A stretch of DNA of 64,000 nucleotides, from assembly GCA_003050565.1 (NCBI GenBank), contig PEBW01000003.1, forward strand, positions 87,347 through 151,346, in the 5' to 3' direction. A program made the translations under genes and the position numbers. Below, piece by piece: positions 62,118 through 64,000 of the stretch. The notes under the pieces were generated by a model. It worked only from the letters and a program-made list of their open reading frames with translations, had not been told where the DNA came from and did no database searches. Source of the stretch: Brockia lithotrophica (GTDB lineage: Bacteria; Bacillota; Bacilli; Thermicanales; DSM-22653). The first letter of the stretch is position 1. The number at the start of each line of letters is the position of its first letter.

Positions 62118-63101
62118 AGCGCGCACGGCGCGGGCAAAGGCGGAGAGGAGGTGGGTTCCTTCCCCGAGCCGCGTGACGAGGTGGAACCGACGGACGAAGC
62201 GGGACTCCAAAGGCCCCGTCAGCGGCCGACACACCGCGACGCGCGACGCGTAGGAAGCGAGGGCCCGTTCGGGGAGAAGGGCGACCCCGAGTCCCGCGGC
62301 GACCCCCTCGAGAATGGCGTGCACGCTCCCCAAGACGAGCGTTCGGACGGGGAGGATACCCAACGCCTGCCACAGGTCTTCCGTAAGCGCCCGCGTTCCC
62401 GAACCCGGCTCGCGCACGAGCCAGCGCGCCTGCGCGAGCACTTTGCAGGCATTGTCGGCAAACGGGGCTTCCCCCTTCGACGTTCTGCAGGAGGCGTTCC
62501 GCCTTCGGAGGCGCGTGCCGCCCGCCTCGGAAAAACATTGGCACGCTGCGCAAACCTCCCAACCGCCGGCAGGAGCGGCGAAGGCGAGGACGTCGCGGAG
62601 CACGGGAACTTTGCGAAAGGACGGGTGAGGCGGCACGTCTCCCTCCACCAGAGCTCCGACTACCTCGCGCCGTTCTAGGGCGAGAAGGGCCTCTTCCGTG
62701 TTTCCCAGGCGGAGGCGCACGTCTACCCCGGGATGGCGGGAGAGAAAAGCCGGGAGAATTCGCGGAAGGAGGTACTCGCCGACCGTTCGGCTCGTCGCGA
62801 CGGCGAGCGTCCCGGAAAGGTCGTCGCGAGCCCCGGGGGAAAGTTCGCCTAAGGCGGCATCCCATCGCTCGAGGATATCCCGGACGTGGGTCGCCCACGC
62901 TTCGCCTGCTTCCGTGAGGATCACGCCGCGGGGGCCGCGGGCGAAGAGGCGGACGCCCAAGGCGCGTTCGAGGTGGCGTACGGTTTCGCTCACCGTCGAC
63001 GGGGCGAGGTAGAGGGTTTGCGCCGCCCGGCTCATACTCCCCGCGGCGGCGACCTCGAGAAAAATGCGCAGCGTCCGAAAGTCCACGTCGTCGAGGAACA
63101 T
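62028..63101 (-). CDS. LysR-family transcriptional regulator with Cys-rich insert and acidic C-terminal tail
   Basis: The N-terminal wHTH is FRTLRIFLEVAAAGSMSRAAQTLYLAPSTVSETVRHLERALGVRLF. The LysR substrate-binding domain follows. ATG at 63101. The 3' end overlaps yeiH by 90 nt. Confidence 0.88.
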   Translation of the reverse strand: MFLDDVDFRTLRIFLEVAAAGSMSRAAQTLYLAPSTVSETVRHLERALGVRLFARGPRGVILTEAGEAWATHVRDILERWDAALGELSPGARDDLSGTLAVATSRTVGEYLLPRILPAFLSRHPGVDVRLRLGNTEEALLALERREVVGALVEGDVPPHPSFRKVPVLRDVLAFAAPAGGWEVCAACQCFSEAGGTRLRRRNASCRTSKGEAPFADNACKVLAQARWLVREPGSGTRALTEDLWQALGILPVRTLVLGSVHAILEGVAAGLGVALLPERALASYASRVAVCRPLTGPLESRFVRRFHLVTRLGEGTHLLSAFARAVRASAEEEGDEKAVDEDEEDARKRADGKGPVS

Positions 63102-63220
63102 CTCCCCTGGCCCCCGCTCCTTTTGCATCGAAGACGGCCCCCTTCGCGGTTTCCCAAAGGCAAGGGATGCGAAGGGAAAACGACTCCATCGACTCGATCG
63201 TACCGTAAGGAGGGAAGGCA

Positions 63221-63769
63221 ATGCGCAACCCGAAGGACCGCTCCCCCCTCACCCGCCCGGAGGGTTCCTCCGAGGCCGGCGGAGAGGCACTCCTCCTGAC
63301 TTCGGCGAAACCCCTTCGTACCCTCCTCGTGGCCCTCGACGGCTCTTCCCCTTCTCTCGCCGCCGCCGGCCACGCCCTCGCCCTGGGCGTCGCCCTCGGT
63401 GCCCGGCTCCACGCCGTGTACGTCGACCCGGACGGCGAGGCAGAACCCGAGCCTTTACCCGAAGAAGGGTCCCCTCTCCTCGAGAGGACCCAAAACGAAG
63501 GGCACGTCGCCCAAGGAATCCGCGGGCTGTACCTCCTCGCCCGGGTGGCCTCGCAAAGGGGCACCCAAGTTCGACTCTGGCTGGCGCGCGGGAACATCGT
63601 CGACGGGATCCTCCGCACGGCAACGCACGTCGGCGCCGACGCCATTTTTTTGGGAAACACGGGACGTTCGGGGCTGGGAAGGCTCCTCCTCGGCAGCGTC
63701 GCCGAGGAAGTCCTCCGCCGTTCTCCCTTCCCCATCTACGTCGTCCGGGGAACGCCCGGGGCTCCTTGA
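63221..63769 (+). CDS. universal stress protein (UspA family)
   Basis: LLVALDGS...A, VDGILRTATHVGADAIFLGNTGRSGLGRLLLGSVAEEVLRRSPFPIYVV (G-2x-G-9x-G(S/T) ATP motif). ATG follows GGAGGG. Confidence 0.88.
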   Translation: MRNPKDRSPLTRPEGSSEAGGEALLLTSAKPLRTLLVALDGSSPSLAAAGHALALGVALGARLHAVYVDPDGEAEPEPLPEEGSPLLERTQNEGHVAQGIRGLYLLARVASQRGTQVRLWLARGNIVDGILRTATHVGADAIFLGNTGRSGLGRLLLGSVAEEVLRRSPFPIYVVRGTPGAP

Positions 63770-63886
63770 CCGCTTCCCGGGGAATTTTCCTTCAAACTCC
63801 TTCGCCCCCACGAAACCTTTCGGGGTACGGAGCAAGGGATGGCAAAAGGAGTCTAGCGCCTGTACCCGGCGGGAAAAGACCCGCAT

Positions 63887-64000
63887 TCAGCGCGGCTCGC
63901 CCCAGCGCACGACGACCTTCCCGAAGTGCTCACCCGCGGCGAGATAGTCGAGCGCCTCGGGGAGGCGGTCGGCGGGGAAGACCCGGTCGATCACAGGACG
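63887..64000 (-). CDS. 3' end of a medium-chain dehydrogenase/reductase (quinone oxidoreductase/zinc-ADH-like) gene; 5' part lies outside the window
   Basis: My own translation of the minus strand gives RPVIDRVFPADRLPEALDYLAAGEHFGKVVVRWGEPR*, a typical MDR C-terminus. Too short for the ORF track. Confidence 0.55.
   Translation of the reverse strand, partial: RPVIDRVFPADRLPEALDYLAAGEHFGKVVVRWGEPR

Overview
High-GC chromosomal segment (by eye about two-thirds G+C or more, with codons dominated by G/C in third position) from a spore-forming Firmicute. I call about 62 protein genes, mostly on the minus strand, plus one T-box riboswitch and several promoters and terminators. I saw no rRNA, tRNA, CRISPR array, transposase or integrase. 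The backbone follows the Bacillus subtilis order: (spoVB-like)-yrbG-yrzE-yajC-tgt-queA ... ruvB-ruvA-ruvC, yebC, nadE, SafA-like LysM protein, pheA-thrB-thrC-pheB ... obg-spo0B-like-rpmA-prp-rplU ... spoIVFB-spoIVFA-rodA-minD-minC-mrdA-mreD-mreC-mreB-radC-maf-SPOR protein-pilT-GGDEF-murC-folC-valS. It ends with yeiH, a LysR regulator, a universal stress protein and a truncated dehydrogenase gene. Three accessory blocks interrupt this backbone. (i) 4.2-10.5 kb holds a DUF1861 gene and a divergent 4-gene glycosyl operon. (ii) 19.9-28.7 kb holds an ABC transporter, a Tat-exported phosphoesterase behind Pho-box-like repeats, a FolC paralogue and a lower-GC formamidase islet. (iii) 32.2-39.4 kb holds an MFS pump, a secreted nuclease, an orphan NuoM-like subunit, a membrane protein and an oversized CofE-like ligase. 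I did not find a compact multi-gene system that I can call new with confidence. The best leads are the double-length CofE-superfamily protein, the monocistronic NuoM-like gene with a repeat-rich control region, the unclassified ~280-nt leader before the glycosyl operon, DUF1861 coupled to queA, and the Spo0B-like gene. Many long ORFs in the supplied track are antisense or off-frame shadows typical of high-GC DNA and were ignored. All family assignments come from motifs read by eye, with no database search.
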